DNA from: a virus
Taxonomy: Duplodnaviria; Caudoviricetes
Strand: one strand, 5' to 3'
IMG/VR virus record: IMGVR_UViG_3300026549_000037
Location: 96,001-160,000 of that record
DNA: 64,000 nucleotides
Shown here: positions 48,132 through 58,221 of the stretch, piece after piece
How the letters are laid out: the number at the start of each line of letters is the position of its first letter
Numbering within the stretch: position 1 is the first letter of the stretch
The notes under the pieces: model-generated
The model's input: only the letters and a program-made list of their open reading frames with translations
Told to the model about the DNA's origin: nothing
Database searches by the model: none
Position numbers and translations under genes: made by a program

Positions 48132-48923
48132 ATGAATAATACAGTAAATGATACTCAATTAAGTAGTATACAAAGAAAATATAAAGAGACTACACATAAA
48201 GAATATGAATTTATGAAAAAGGGTAACTTAGGTGGAGTTAAGTCTATTTATATTAATTTATGTGTAATTATGCTGAACTATGAATGTTTCAGTATGAATG
48301 ATGTAATTATATATTCTTTTTTGAGAGAGTGTTGTCGTTTTACTGGACATGAAAAAGCAAGTACATTAGTATCAAATGAAAAGCTAAGTCAATTGTCAGG
48401 CTTGAGCATATCTACAGTAAAAAGAAGCTTGGAGAACTTAAAACAATATGAGATAATTAAAGTAGAAGGTAGAGGAGCACACAATAGAGCTTTAAGTCTA
48501 CAGGTAGATTTCCTTGATACTGATTTTTCAAAATATTTACAAGATGAACTAAAAGCTAAGAAAATGGCTGAAAATGAAAGTAAGTTTGCGAATCTAAGTG
48601 AAAGTGTTAAGAGATTGATTCGTAAGTTTAATATAGTTGATTTAAGTTTCTTAGAGAAAGATGTGAAGCCAACAATGACTCGTTTAGAACTTGAGTCATG
48701 GATACCTGAATTGAAATATCTTTTTCTTAAGATGGGGATAAGTAAGGCTGAACAAAACAAATCCATAAAACAATTCCTGTGTGCAGCCAATCCTTATGAT
48801 TATGCTAAAGAAAGAATAAAGGAAGTTAATCCTGCATCTGAACTACACGAAACAGAAAAAATAGGTATTGTAAAATACACTGTTTATATTTTAAGTTCTG
48901 GTGTAAGAGTAGCAATAAAATAA
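48132..48923 (+). CDS. winged-HTH protein, replication-initiator-like
   Basis: IIYSFL...SNEKLSQLSGLSISTVKRSLENLKQYEII; downstream of iteron-like repeats. Confidence 0.75.
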   Translation: MNNTVNDTQLSSIQRKYKETTHKEYEFMKKGNLGGVKSIYINLCVIMLNYECFSMNDVIIYSFLRECCRFTGHEKASTLVSNEKLSQLSGLSISTVKRSLENLKQYEIIKVEGRGAHNRALSLQVDFLDTDFSKYLQDELKAKKMAENESKFANLSESVKRLIRKFNIVDLSFLEKDVKPTMTRLELESWIPELKYLFLKMGISKAEQNKSIKQFLCAANPYDYAKERIKEVNPASELHETEKIGIVKYTVYILSSGVRVAIK

Positions 48924-48971
48924 AATAAAATAAAAATTCTAAAAGAGTAAATTATTGGAGGTACTAAAAAA

Positions 48972-49382
48972 ATGCCAAGAGGAAGACCAAAGAAGAAAGT
49001 AACAGAACCGTTTAAATTAGTTGATGCATCAAATGAGCCAAAGTGTCAAAATGACACTTTAGAAAATGACACTTTAGAAAATGACACTTTGGGAAATGCT
49101 GAAGGTACTACAGAAAACAATGTAGAAACCACAAATGCTACAAAAGGTAGGAAATCTTCAACCTCTAAGCAATATTCTCTTTGTACTCGATGTGGAAAGC
49201 CTATCTCAAATACTAATCCATTTAGAGTTAATTTAGCCTATCTTACTTCTGTAGCTTCTTATCGTAGAGAGGTTAAAGAAGATGTGCCTATATTGTGCAA
49301 TGATTGTGCTAAAGGTCTAAGTGATGCTGTAGACAAGTATTTAATTAGTGGTGGAGCTAAGAGGAAGTTTGAAAGAGAATAA
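48972..49382 (+). CDS. Zn-finger protein with AT-hook-like N-terminus and NDTL(E/G) repeats
   Basis: PRGRPK; CTRC...CNDC; 15-bp tandem repeat x3. Confidence 0.75.
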   Translation: MPRGRPKKKVTEPFKLVDASNEPKCQNDTLENDTLENDTLGNAEGTTENNVETTNATKGRKSSTSKQYSLCTRCGKPISNTNPFRVNLAYLTSVASYRREVKEDVPILCNDCAKGLSDAVDKYLISGGAKRKFERE

Positions 49383-49680
49383 ATTTCATTCTGATTATAT
49401 CATTCTGTATGTTCCACTGATACAGTAGTTCAAATGTTGGTCAGAACCTTATCTGTAGTATTATAGAATCGCTCAAAGCAGCGTTCTAAGGTCTTAGGAG
49501 TATAAACATACTGCTGAGATTTGGAAGCGAAATATGAGCGTTTTATAAACGATAATAATATATTTCCAAGCATAATTTTGAACATGAAATAAATACGAAG
49601 AAAATACGAAAAAATACGAAACAATTCAGGATAAATTAATTTAAATTAAAATAAATTGAACAAATAAAAGGAGAAATATT

Positions 49681-49974
49681 ATGGCTTCTATTTTTGAATC
49701 TGCTGTGAACATGGTAAGAGATGATAAACGCGCTTACTGGTATTCTAATTATCCTCCTGAAGTTCGCAAGATGGAAAGGTTTCTGAAAGACTATCCTGAT
49801 GATGTTAAGATTGAAAAGGATTATCGTAATGAAACAGGCGAAGCTTATGGACTTACTGTGAGTGTACCTATGAAGTGGTATAAAACTCCAAGTGCGCCTA
49901 AGAAGAGAAATTTAACCGATGAACAGAGGGCTGCTATTTCTCAGAGAATGAGGAATAGTAGAAATAAAGGATAA
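49681..49974 (+). CDS. hypothetical protein
   Basis: SD AAGGAG; C-terminal LTDEQRAAISQRM. Confidence 0.8.
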   Translation: MASIFESAVNMVRDDKRAYWYSNYPPEVRKMERFLKDYPDDVKIEKDYRNETGEAYGLTVSVPMKWYKTPSAPKKRNLTDEQRAAISQRMRNSRNKG

Positions 49975-50061
49975 TTTATGATATAAAAATAGTGTAAAAG
50001 TATAGAACTTTACAATTTATTTAAAATGTGAGTCTGTTTTTAATTTTTAGGTTCAGACATA

Positions 50062-50108
50062 AAAGTACCCCTTGAAGATACCAGACGGGTCTTCTTGGGG
50101 TATTTTTT
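50062..50108 (+). terminator. terminator-like hairpin ending the + strand block
   Basis: AAAGTACCCC...GAAGA/TCTTC...GGGGTATTTT. Confidence 0.55.
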
Positions 50109-50559
50109 ATTTATGTTAAATAAGTTTTGAAAAGAATATGAGACATGAATGGATAAATTTAGAATGAAACAGATTTAAGATAAATAAAAAATGAACAGAT
50201 TTAAGTTGGGAGAGAGAAAGGGGGATGAAGGTATATAGGTGGACGTGGATTTAAAAAATCGGGGCGTTATTAAAAAGAAATAAAAGGAGTCGGCGGGATT
50301 AAAAAAGAGGGGCTTTAAAGGTGGAAAAAAGAGGGCGGGTCCGTTAGAATAAAAAATCTCCCCCGCGAGAGAAATAAAAAAGGGGCTCGCAAGCTATAGT
50401 TTCCCCTTGGCAGGCCACCCACTAATAGAACCCCGTTAGAGGAAAGAAGCACAAGTTTTCGGCTTCTTTTGGTTTGTAGCTGTAATACACCCACCCTACT
50501 ACCTACCCATTGTATTACAGTTTAGGAATGCTGGGTTGCAGATTCATGTGGAATCCTTA

Positions 50560-50865
50560 TTAGGGGATTCCACATAAACTGAAACAGAGTTGGTGATGCT
50601 CTTTAGAGTTAAACCAATCTTCAATATCCTCATATTTCTTAGAAATAATCGGAGGAAGTTCGGCTTGCTCCTGAGCCCTTCTCTGTTTTCGCTGTTTCTT
50701 CTCACATTTAATTTCGCTTTCGCAATGAATGACAAAAGCAATCATAAACGCAAGAATGGATAAACTGATAGGATTCATAAAGCCATCAGTAAAACCAGCC
50801 TGAATAGCTCCAACCCACCAGAACACCCAACAAAGCGAGAATAAAAACACTATCATGGGCAACAC
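50560..50865 (-). CDS. membrane protein
   Basis: Two hydrophobic segments, SD AAGGAG. Confidence 0.7.
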   Translation of the reverse strand: MLPMIVFLFSLCWVFWWVGAIQAGFTDGFMNPISLSILAFMIAFVIHCESEIKCEKKQRKQRRAQEQAELPPIISKKYEDIEDWFNSKEHHQLCFSLCGIP

Positions 50866-50984
50866 TCCTTTCTCTTAAAATCAGTCTTCCCTATTCAGGA
50901 AGTAGTACAACACTAACCATGTTGTACCCAAAACGATAATAACACCTTCTACTGTGATAAAACCACCTCCTTTCAATGAACGCT

Positions 50985-51152
50985 TTAATGGAGTTTGTTA
51001 TAGATAAGATTTTGAGTATCAAGAATGATACCCTCATCCATATCTTTGATTTCGACAATGGAATCACGAGAATCTTCATTCTCAATGATTTCATCAAGCT
51101 CAAAATCAGACATGACCTTAGAACTTCCATCGAAAAACGTAACCCAATACAT
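50985..51152 (-). CDS. small acidic protein (55 aa, below ORF-track cutoff)
   Basis: SD GGAGG, MYWVTFFDGSSKVMSDFELDEII... Confidence 0.65.
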   Translation of the reverse strand: MYWVTFFDGSSKVMSDFELDEIIENEDSRDSIVEIKDMDEGIILDTQNLIYNKLH

Positions 51153-51154
51153 AA

Positions 51155-51502
51155 TTAAACCTCCTTTTCAATATTGGTTTCAGCGACGCTTTTAGATTCT
51201 TTCTTGTTTCTTGCGGTACGATGGATTACCTTATAATCCATAGTATAACAGAAAGGAGTGATTCCGTCAACATCATATTCAATTTTTACTTTCACCCATT
51301 CAGGATGAAGCAGATTAGACAAAACAGTTTCTACTTCTGACTTCTTAAAGAAATATCGCTCATCGTCAATAGAACGCTTTGTACGCCTTTGATTGAAATG
51401 CTCAATGGCTTCAGATAAGACAGCATTCACAGCTTCCGTAATGATAGCATTGTTTTGCTCGGTGAGAGAGAGCGTAGATGTGGTGTTCATAATGGTATTC
51501 AT
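51155..51502 (-). CDS. hypothetical protein
   Basis: SD AGGAGG. Confidence 0.75.
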   Translation of the reverse strand: MNTIMNTTSTLSLTEQNNAIITEAVNAVLSEAIEHFNQRRTKRSIDDERYFFKKSEVETVLSNLLHPEWVKVKIEYDVDGITPFCYTMDYKVIHRTARNKKESKSVAETNIEKEV

Positions 51503-51504
51503 GA

Positions 51505-51762
51505 TTAAACCTCCTTATTATTTGTGTTATACTTACTGTTTTCAAACCATCTCTTAGCCTCATTAAAAGTAATGTTGCTTAAGAAATGCTCAAGATAATC
51601 CCAACGAGAAATTCCTCGTGTCTCATCATGCTCAATTTTCTTAAGCAAACACCAATGAGGACGAGGATATTTCTCTTTAGCAAGAGCATATTCGTAAGTG
51701 GGATGATAATACACGGGACACTTTTTTGTGCTAAATTTATCTGAACGAATCCAAGCTGTCAT
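51505..51762 (-). CDS. hypothetical protein
   Basis: SD AAGGAG before MTAWIRSDK. Confidence 0.7.
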   Translation of the reverse strand: MTAWIRSDKFSTKKCPVYYHPTYEYALAKEKYPRPHWCLLKKIEHDETRGISRWDYLEHFLSNITFNEAKRWFENSKYNTNNKEV

Positions 51763-51784
51763 TATAGTTGCTCTCCTTTTAGTT

Positions 51785-52063
51785 TTAGTTAAAGTCTGTG
51801 CGAATAGCGTCACAAAGCTTATAACGCTGTCCACGGATTTTGATATAAGATTCACCATTCATGTTGGAATAGATGCGAAGCTTGTGCTGATATTTGGGAT
51901 TGGTTTTCTTTCCAATCCAAGCTCCCTCAGCGCAGAAAAGGGAATCATTGATGTCGTATTCAATTTTGTAGATTTCAATCCCTCCAAGAGCAGAGATGTA
52001 AGCAATGGGATAAAGATTAGACATATTCTGCGCGAAAAATTCTTTCTTGGTCATAATAGACAT
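51785..52063 (-). CDS. hypothetical protein
   Basis: SD AAGGAG. Confidence 0.75.
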   Translation of the reverse strand: MSIMTKKEFFAQNMSNLYPIAYISALGGIEIYKIEYDINDSLFCAEGAWIGKKTNPKYQHKLRIYSNMNGESYIKIRGQRYKLCDAIRTDFN

Positions 52064-52552
52064 ATTAGTTTTCTCCTTTCATAAGACCACGAAGCAAATT
52101 ATACATCAGAGTATTTGCTTCTTCATCGGTTTGAAGCATAACAGTAGCCTCCTCAAAAGTTTCATCATTGGTGATTTTGAGAGTGGAACGACATTTGTTT
52201 TGAACAATAGTAACCATAAAATTTCCTTTCTCCCCGTATAGCCGATAGGACAGCTTGTTTATTGCGTTGTTAATTAACGATGTGAATAAGCCATAAAAAC
52301 GCAATAAATTCCAAAGTTAAAAGCCAACCAATAATATTGATACAGAATCACCTCCTTTCATTTCTTATTTTCGTTTTCGATGAGATGTTACAAACCCATA
52401 AACAAAGCCCACCAATAAGTTTATGATAATAAAAGCATCTAAACAATTAATACCATAAACATTATTTGGGATATTGCTACAGATTGCATAAACGAAAACT
52501 ATAATAAGAATTGCAATATTCAGATATTACCACCTCCTTTCATATTATAATA

Positions 52553-53254
52553 TTAATGCTGCTGGAATACAACAGTTTTAATCTTTTTATTCCAGCACTT
52601 TTGACAAACCGTGCAAGTGATAGTCTTATCATGCTGATTGGGACAAGTAGAATAAGACTTAGGAAATTCAGGATTCTTAGACTTATCCTTGAAATCCACA
52701 TAAGCCACAGGAAGATTATATGGATTAGGAACAGCCCAGTTCTTATCCCAAGCAGAGAAGATGATGTTTAAGTTCTTGGGAAGCTTTTCATTTTCAGAAA
52801 GCCATTCATTCACAATGAAATATTTCTTTGTGAAAGCCATGAACTTAATTTTTGGATTCCTAAGAGCGGTTTTGACCATACCCTCAAAGAAATTATAATC
52901 AGGGATGTCACCAGCATCAAAAAATCTGCAAAGGCTTAAACCTGAATGCTTAAGTTTGAAATCCACCTGACCCCAGAAATCTTCAGGGTCGTTATTATAA
53001 AGGCGAAGGTTGCGCAGATACGAAGCCTGAACAGTAGCAATCTGTTGGCATCCCTTCATACAATAACAACCATCCTTCTTACAAGGAGCATCCTCACGGC
53101 AACAGCAAGTAGGGACAGCCAAATCAAGAACCCCCATGCCAGTCTTAGAGTTTTTGGTAGTCATGTGGATTTCATTCGTTCTCATAGAGAGATGCTGAAT
53201 GTATTCCTCACGAGACAGGGCGAATTCCTTCTTGTTGTTAACAGACTTAGCCAT
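52553..53254 (-). CDS. gp88-like Cys-rich (probable Fe-S) protein
   Basis: NSKTG...C...C...CY; RFFDAGDI; FTK; CP...CTVCQKCW. Confidence 0.75.
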   Translation of the reverse strand: MAKSVNNKKEFALSREEYIQHLSMRTNEIHMTTKNSKTGMGVLDLAVPTCCCREDAPCKKDGCYCMKGCQQIATVQASYLRNLRLYNNDPEDFWGQVDFKLKHSGLSLCRFFDAGDIPDYNFFEGMVKTALRNPKIKFMAFTKKYFIVNEWLSENEKLPKNLNIIFSAWDKNWAVPNPYNLPVAYVDFKDKSKNPEFPKSYSTCPNQHDKTITCTVCQKCWNKKIKTVVFQQH

Positions 53255-53284
53255 AAATAAAACCTCCAAATTTTAATTTTCCTC

Positions 53285-53521
53285 TTGACAAACTCAAGAA
53301 GATGTGTTATATTATCATCAATGGGAGGCAGAGATGTGTCCTCTACCTTCCGTCAACTCATTCGTTAGTTGCGGTGCTTGATGATGAACACCTGAACTAT
53401 GCTGCTAACATAGTCAACGAAAATGATTCGCTACATATTTTCACTTCCTTTCCAAATAAAGTGACTACGAATGAGTAGTCTATAAACAGAGAGACAGTTG
53501 AATGAAACTGTCTCTCTTTTT
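53285..53521 (+). ncRNA. antisense unit A over an amber peptide ORF
   Basis: TTGACA 53285 / TATATT 53308; terminator AGAGAGACAGTT...AACTGTCTCTCT-TTT. Confidence 0.65.
53365..53436 (-). CDS. KHRN peptide A, TAG at codon 2
   Basis: SD GAAAGGAAGTG; M*RIIFVDYVSSIVQVFIIKHRN. Confidence 0.7.
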
Positions 53522-54107
53522 ACTTAAGGAACATCTTACCATTCTCAGTGGTAATAGTATTCTTGTAAATCACATCTTTATAACAGAAGATGTAATTATC
53601 CAGAGTTTCATTACGCTGAAAACAATCAGGTTTAGTCATACGACCGATACCAGACTTATCTCCCTCGTAAACTGTGATGAAATAGAAAGAAGGTTCTCTC
53701 ACCAGATTATTTCCAAGAGAAGCAGAGAAAGAAAAATCACGAATATATGTCTGAATTTCTTTTACTGTTTCTTTATCAGCAATAACATTAAGAACGTTAG
53801 AGCAGATAACAATATAAGGGTCATAATAGAGCCCCGAAGACAAAGCAATATTGTTTTCTTCAACAGGCTTCCAGAACGGGTCATATCCTCTGAAGATAAA
53901 ACCCTTAGTAGCAAGGAACTGCTCAATATGGTCAGTATAGCGACCACAGCCGAAATCAAGGACAATGGGGGTTCGGTCAAATTTGGTAATCTTTGCCCAA
54001 TGCTCACGAAGAGCATCCCAATCTAAACGATTGTAGATAGCAGGAAGCTTCTTGGAGTTGATGGAAGTGTTCTTAGAAGTGATGTCGGACTGAACAGTGC
54101 AATACAT
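53520..54107 (-). CDS. class I SAM-dependent methyltransferase
   Basis: VLDFGCGR, GYDP, SNVLNVI. Confidence 0.85.
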   Translation of the reverse strand: MYCTVQSDITSKNTSINSKKLPAIYNRLDWDALREHWAKITKFDRTPIVLDFGCGRYTDHIEQFLATKGFIFRGYDPFWKPVEENNIALSSGLYYDPYIVICSNVLNVIADKETVKEIQTYIRDFSFSASLGNNLVREPSFYFITVYEGDKSGIGRMTKPDCFQRNETLDNYIFCYKDVIYKNTITTENGKMFLK

Positions 54108-54138
54108 TGTAATACCTCCTTAAATTAAATGATTTTGT

Positions 54139-54456
54139 TCAAGAGCGAATCTGTGCTGCGATTTTGTCAACGACAAGACGATATTTGTTTGTCATTTTAG
54201 GGGACTTATAATTACGTCCTCTACGATAAACATTGAGGATGTCATATGTATCATCATCAACAAAGGGAGAAGTGAACTGGATAAGAACAGAAGCGAAATC
54301 AATCGGTTTTGTAGGAGCATCGGTTCGCCATTCAATGATATACTTTCCACAACTGATAACAGGACGGAAGATTTTAAATTCACGTCCAGACTCATCATGA
54401 AGAGTCTTGAGATAGAAATAATTTCCATAAGTTGTGTTGTATTTAGACTTAGCCAT
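54139..54456 (-). CDS. hypothetical protein
   Basis: SD AAGGAGG. Confidence 0.7.
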   Translation of the reverse strand: MAKSKYNTTYGNYFYLKTLHDESGREFKIFRPVISCGKYIIEWRTDAPTKPIDFASVLIQFTSPFVDDDTYDILNVYRRGRNYKSPKMTNKYRLVVDKIAAQIRS

Positions 54457-54492
54457 TGTTACATCCTCCTTAAAAATATTTTTGAAAAACAC

Positions 54493-54753
54493 TTGACAAA
54501 TAGAAAAAGATATGTTATAATATCTTTATGAAAAGGTTGGAAGTTCAATCCCGCCTAAGCTTATTTAAAGCTTAAAGTAGCCTAAATAACTTATACCAAT
54601 CATTTTAAATTAAATGAAAGATTGATTTAGGAACCATTTTAAATGGATTGAAATCTACATTTTATCACCTCAATTCTATTCCGATGAACATAAGATAGCT
54701 ATACGGGTAGCGAGTAAGAGAGACAGAAGTGTGAGTTCTGTCTCTCATTTTTT
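54493..54753 (+). ncRNA. antisense unit B
   Basis: TTGACA 54493 / TATAAT 54516; terminator GAGAGACAGAA...TTCTGTCTCTC-ATTTTTT. Confidence 0.6.
54610..54660 (-). CDS. small peptide B, TAG at codon 2
   Basis: SD GAGGTG; M*ISIHLKWFLNQSFI. Confidence 0.45.
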
Positions 54754-55022
54754 CAATCAAGGGTTACATAATACCAACCAGTGCAATAATCTTCTTCATT
54801 GTTGCGCTTATCTTCTTCGGGGTCGTAATACCCTGTTACGGGTGTCACTTCTTCGTTTTGAGACCTATAAAGTTGTGTTAAAAGGTCGGAAATGGTTTCA
54901 GCAATTTCTTCAGACTTACAAAGAATTTCATAGCCATTAGACCAAATTTCCCCGTCTGGAAAGTCTCTTAGTCTTTCAAGAAATTCTGAAATCCATTCTT
55001 TTTTCTCTTCTTTATTAAACAT
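54753..55022 (-). CDS. hypothetical protein
   Basis: SD GGAGGT; TGYYDPEED...TGWYYV. Confidence 0.8.
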   Translation of the reverse strand: MFNKEEKKEWISEFLERLRDFPDGEIWSNGYEILCKSEEIAETISDLLTQLYRSQNEEVTPVTGYYDPEEDKRNNEEDYCTGWYYVTLD

Positions 55023-55043
55023 AGTAACCTCCCTTAAACAAAC

Positions 55044-55325
55044 CTAAACATCAATGATAACAGATTCCTCAATAATGAGGAAATTCCCAGCAAGATGCAT
55101 ATTATAATGGGTATAAGTTGCGCCAGCAATGGATTCAACGGGAATTGGGTCGCTGACGTAACCCAAATTACTCAGATACTCTTGCTTTGACTTGTAATCT
55201 TCAAGGGCAGCATCAGCTTCAAACCGCTCATCTTTATTGTCAAAAGTGTAGATGTGAAGCTGTGCCTTTTCTATATTGTCGTTATCAGGAATCCATGCAT
55301 AACCAGTGGACATATACTTTCTCAT
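55044..55325 (-). CDS. hypothetical protein
   Basis: SD AAGGAGG. Confidence 0.75.
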   Translation of the reverse strand: MRKYMSTGYAWIPDNDNIEKAQLHIYTFDNKDERFEADAALEDYKSKQEYLSNLGYVSDPIPVESIAGATYTHYNMHLAGNFLIIEESVIIDV

Positions 55326-55346
55326 TTTTATTCCTCCTTAAGATTC

Positions 55347-55943
55347 TTAAAATAAGGTTTTGACCTCAAGTTTATTACAGTGACATTTACCACAGCGATA
55401 ACGCTCAGGATGTTCAATAAGCTTGCACATTCTTGTCCTTGTAGCAACTATCCTGTTACAATTAGGACAATAAACCTGATATTTTGCCCCTCCAAGTTGA
55501 GCCGCAGTTTCCTGAGCATACCATGCAGGAGCATCTTCAGGATTTACACACCGAGTTACTTTAAACTCTGTGAAATTGGAAACATAATTAGCTTTGGATT
55601 TCCATTCGCCAGTATGTTTCATGCCGTTTTTGGTAGCATGAAGAACCTCATGGAGAATTACTTCATGAACACCTCTGGGAAGGGCTGCTTCGAAATACCG
55701 ATGAGAGAACGTGAGAACATATTTGTAATCACTGTCTTTGTAACAAAGACCCAGAGATTTAGGTCTGGGCTTTTCATTCCAACCAACGCGGAACTGGACA
55801 TTCTGCATTTTCTTTTCATGCCCCCACATATAATCCAGCCAAACACAGATTTCATTCACCTCCTTTCTAATATCATCGAGAGTATAGTTTGCTGTGTCAG
55901 TGCGGGAAAAAGACTTAGGAATCAGAGAATAGATGTCAGCCAT
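55347..55943 (-). CDS. SprT-like Zn metalloprotease
   Basis: LGLC, HEVLH, H...WK, C-terminal CPNC...CGKC. Confidence 0.85.
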   Translation of the reverse strand: MADIYSLIPKSFSRTDTANYTLDDIRKEVNEICVWLDYMWGHEKKMQNVQFRVGWNEKPRPKSLGLCYKDSDYKYVLTFSHRYFEAALPRGVHEVILHEVLHATKNGMKHTGEWKSKANYVSNFTEFKVTRCVNPEDAPAWYAQETAAQLGGAKYQVYCPNCNRIVATRTRMCKLIEHPERYRCGKCHCNKLEVKTLF

Positions 55944-55978
55944 AATGTCAAACCTCCTTGAATTTAAATTGTTATGAT

Positions 55979-56530
55979 TTAATTGTGGTCACGAACATCT
56001 GCGAAATGGTCAATGATAGCGTTTGTGTCTTTTTGGATTCTGTTGGTAGTCTTTTCAATTTCTTTGAGCAGGTTGAAACGAAGATTGGTGTAGATATTGT
56101 ATTCTTCCCAACGAGTGATAAAACCAGCAGGAGAAATACCCAAAGCTCCAAAACAAGAAGTGGAAATAAATGGAACATTTAAACTATAATTTTCATTGAA
56201 ATAAGGCCCCTGAACATACATACGACAGTCTTTATTAATGGAAACATTAACTTGGCATCCCGTGTCATCCTCAATATAAGTAGCGCGAATCACAGAGATT
56301 TTAGCTTCTTTCATAGCTTCAACCAAAGGCTTAAGCTGTTCACAAATTGCGTTCCACTTAGCCTCACCAATTGCGTTGATTTTGGGAGTGTAGAAGCTAT
56401 CAGTGGTTTCGTAGTTGTTTTTGGTTTCACTAAGTTTCTTGAGAGCCATAGCGAGTTCCAAATCTTCCTGCATATCATACTCGACAGTAACCTTGATGTT
56501 GTTGATGGTGTTTGTGTTCTTGATTTCCAT
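55979..56530 (-). CDS. hypothetical protein
   Basis: SD AAGGAG. Confidence 0.8.
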   Translation of the reverse strand: MEIKNTNTINNIKVTVEYDMQEDLELAMALKKLSETKNNYETTDSFYTPKINAIGEAKWNAICEQLKPLVEAMKEAKISVIRATYIEDDTGCQVNVSINKDCRMYVQGPYFNENYSLNVPFISTSCFGALGISPAGFITRWEEYNIYTNLRFNLLKEIEKTTNRIQKDTNAIIDHFADVRDHN

Positions 56531-56600
56531 AGTTGTTCTCCTTTAAATAAATTTATTTTGTGTTAAGATAGTAGAAAAGGGGTAGTTATCTACCCCTTAT

Positions 56601-57017
56601 TTACTGGACTTCAATGGTATAGAAATCTTCGTCACAGTGGAAACATTGATAAGTGTAATCTTCAACAGTAGAAGGATAAAGATTCCGTCCACACTTGGGG
56701 CATTTCTTTACGGGGTCACATTCCTCACCTCCATTCTCAAGGAACTCCTTTTCATCATCGGTGATGATTTCATTTTCATTAAGAGCAAAGAGAAGTCCGT
56801 CATAAGTTTCACAGATTTCCTTCTGAAACTCAGGAACAGCCCCAATCTTACGCTTAATCATTTTCACCTCACTTCCATCCACAACAACGCAAGGAGTTTC
56901 GTCTCCAAAAACATTGTGCTCAAGGAGACAATAAACCTTATCATTGATGCGTTTAAAATCAATGATGCTCCACAGACCAGAATGACCAACAGTTTTGTAA
57001 GTATTGTCCTTAACCAT
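56601..57017 (-). CDS. hypothetical protein with C-terminal Zn ribbon
   Basis: SD AAGGAGG; CPKCG...CFHCDEDFY. Confidence 0.75.
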   Translation of the reverse strand: MVKDNTYKTVGHSGLWSIIDFKRINDKVYCLLEHNVFGDETPCVVVDGSEVKMIKRKIGAVPEFQKEICETYDGLLFALNENEIITDDEKEFLENGGEECDPVKKCPKCGRNLYPSTVEDYTYQCFHCDEDFYTIEVQ

Positions 57018-57064
57018 TTTTAAATCCTCCTTAAATTTGTTATTGTTTATGGTTAATGGTTTGG

Positions 57065-57280
57065 TTAAACCCGAGAATAGGTATCCCAATTCACATTGTA
57101 AAGATAAGAATCCATCATAATGAGAAAGAGTTTACGCTGATTAGATTCTCCCCAAACTCGCCGCATACCAGTGATATTGGGATGAGGCCCTGCATTGGGA
57201 AAAGATTCGATATGAGACTTAAGAAAAGGGGAAATGCTGGACTGCTTGGCATACTTGACGGGATAGACTTTGTTTTTCAT
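57065..57280 (-). CDS. hypothetical protein
   Basis: SD AAGGAGG. Confidence 0.7.
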   Translation of the reverse strand: MKNKVYPVKYAKQSSISPFLKSHIESFPNAGPHPNITGMRRVWGESNQRKLFLIMMDSYLYNVNWDTYSRV

Positions 57281-57317
57281 TTTGTGAAACCTCCTTAAAA
57301 ATCTTTCTTAGAATTCT

Positions 57318-57926
57318 TTAAATTAACAGGATAAATAGGTCTTCAAAGTAATAGCCTTCCCGAGAAATCATTTCACAAGCTTTAAGCTCATTTTCTGAAA
57401 GGCAGTCTTTATTGAAGAGTGAATTTGCAGTAGCAAGACCTGCGATATAACAAAGAGCAAGTTTAGAGAAAAATTCAAATTCATAAACTTTGAAGGTAAC
57501 TCTTCCTTCTTCAACAAGCTGATTGAAAGTGTCAGCCCCCATACAAACAGCGGTAGGCATATTAGGACAACTATAATCAGGAACACAAATGTCCTTCCAA
57601 GAATTGATAGGCTCATCGAAGCTGTCTGTATAAAAAGTAACCTCAAGAACACAGGTTGTATCAAAAGGATGAGGTAAACAAGCATTCTGAATCTGAGCTG
57701 CTTCATTACAACGTTCAATACAATACTGAATCGCTGTTTCATTATCATCATCATAAATACATTCAGATTCTTTCATGAGAGAGGCATCATAAAAGAAAAT
57801 AGAATCTCCATCGGCACACGTCCAAGGGTGAACAATCTTATTGTTTCCATGCTCAAGACCATATTCACCATGTGTGATTGGCTCGATAGCAGACTTGATG
57901 CAACCATGATAAAGAGTGTAAGACAT
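57318..57926 (-). CDS. hypothetical protein (LYHG N-terminus)
   Basis: SD AGGAGG before MSYTLYHG. Confidence 0.75.
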   Translation of the reverse strand: MSYTLYHGCIKSAIEPITHGEYGLEHGNNKIVHPWTCADGDSIFFYDASLMKESECIYDDDNETAIQYCIERCNEAAQIQNACLPHPFDTTCVLEVTFYTDSFDEPINSWKDICVPDYSCPNMPTAVCMGADTFNQLVEEGRVTFKVYEFEFFSKLALCYIAGLATANSLFNKDCLSENELKACEMISREGYYFEDLFILLI

Positions 57927-57970
57927 AATACTAACCTCCTGAATTTTTTTAAAATTTTGTGAAATAATGC

Positions 57971-58220
57971 TTGACAAACAGATTGGAATATGTTATACTG
58001 TCCACAGTAAGAGAAGTTGACCCACATCTTCCCTTACTGTGCGTAATTAAAGTGGTGTATTAATTACGGTGCTTCATAATGAAGACACAAACAATATTGT
58101 CGGTGTAATCGACGTAGATGATTTTCTACATACAATCGTCTCCTTTCAAATAAGATGATATGTAAACAGAGTTGTGGGACTCTGGAAACATTAGAGAGTG
58201 GTTTTACTGCTCTCTTTTGT
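57971..58220 (+). ncRNA. antisense unit C
   Basis: TTGACA 57971 / TATACT 57994; hairpin AGAGAGTGG...CTGCTCTCT-TTT. Confidence 0.6.
58060..58131 (-). CDS. KHRN peptide C, TAG at codon 2
   Basis: SD GAAAGGAG; M*KIIYVDYTDNIVCVFIMKHRN. Confidence 0.7.
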
Positions 58221-58221
58221 T

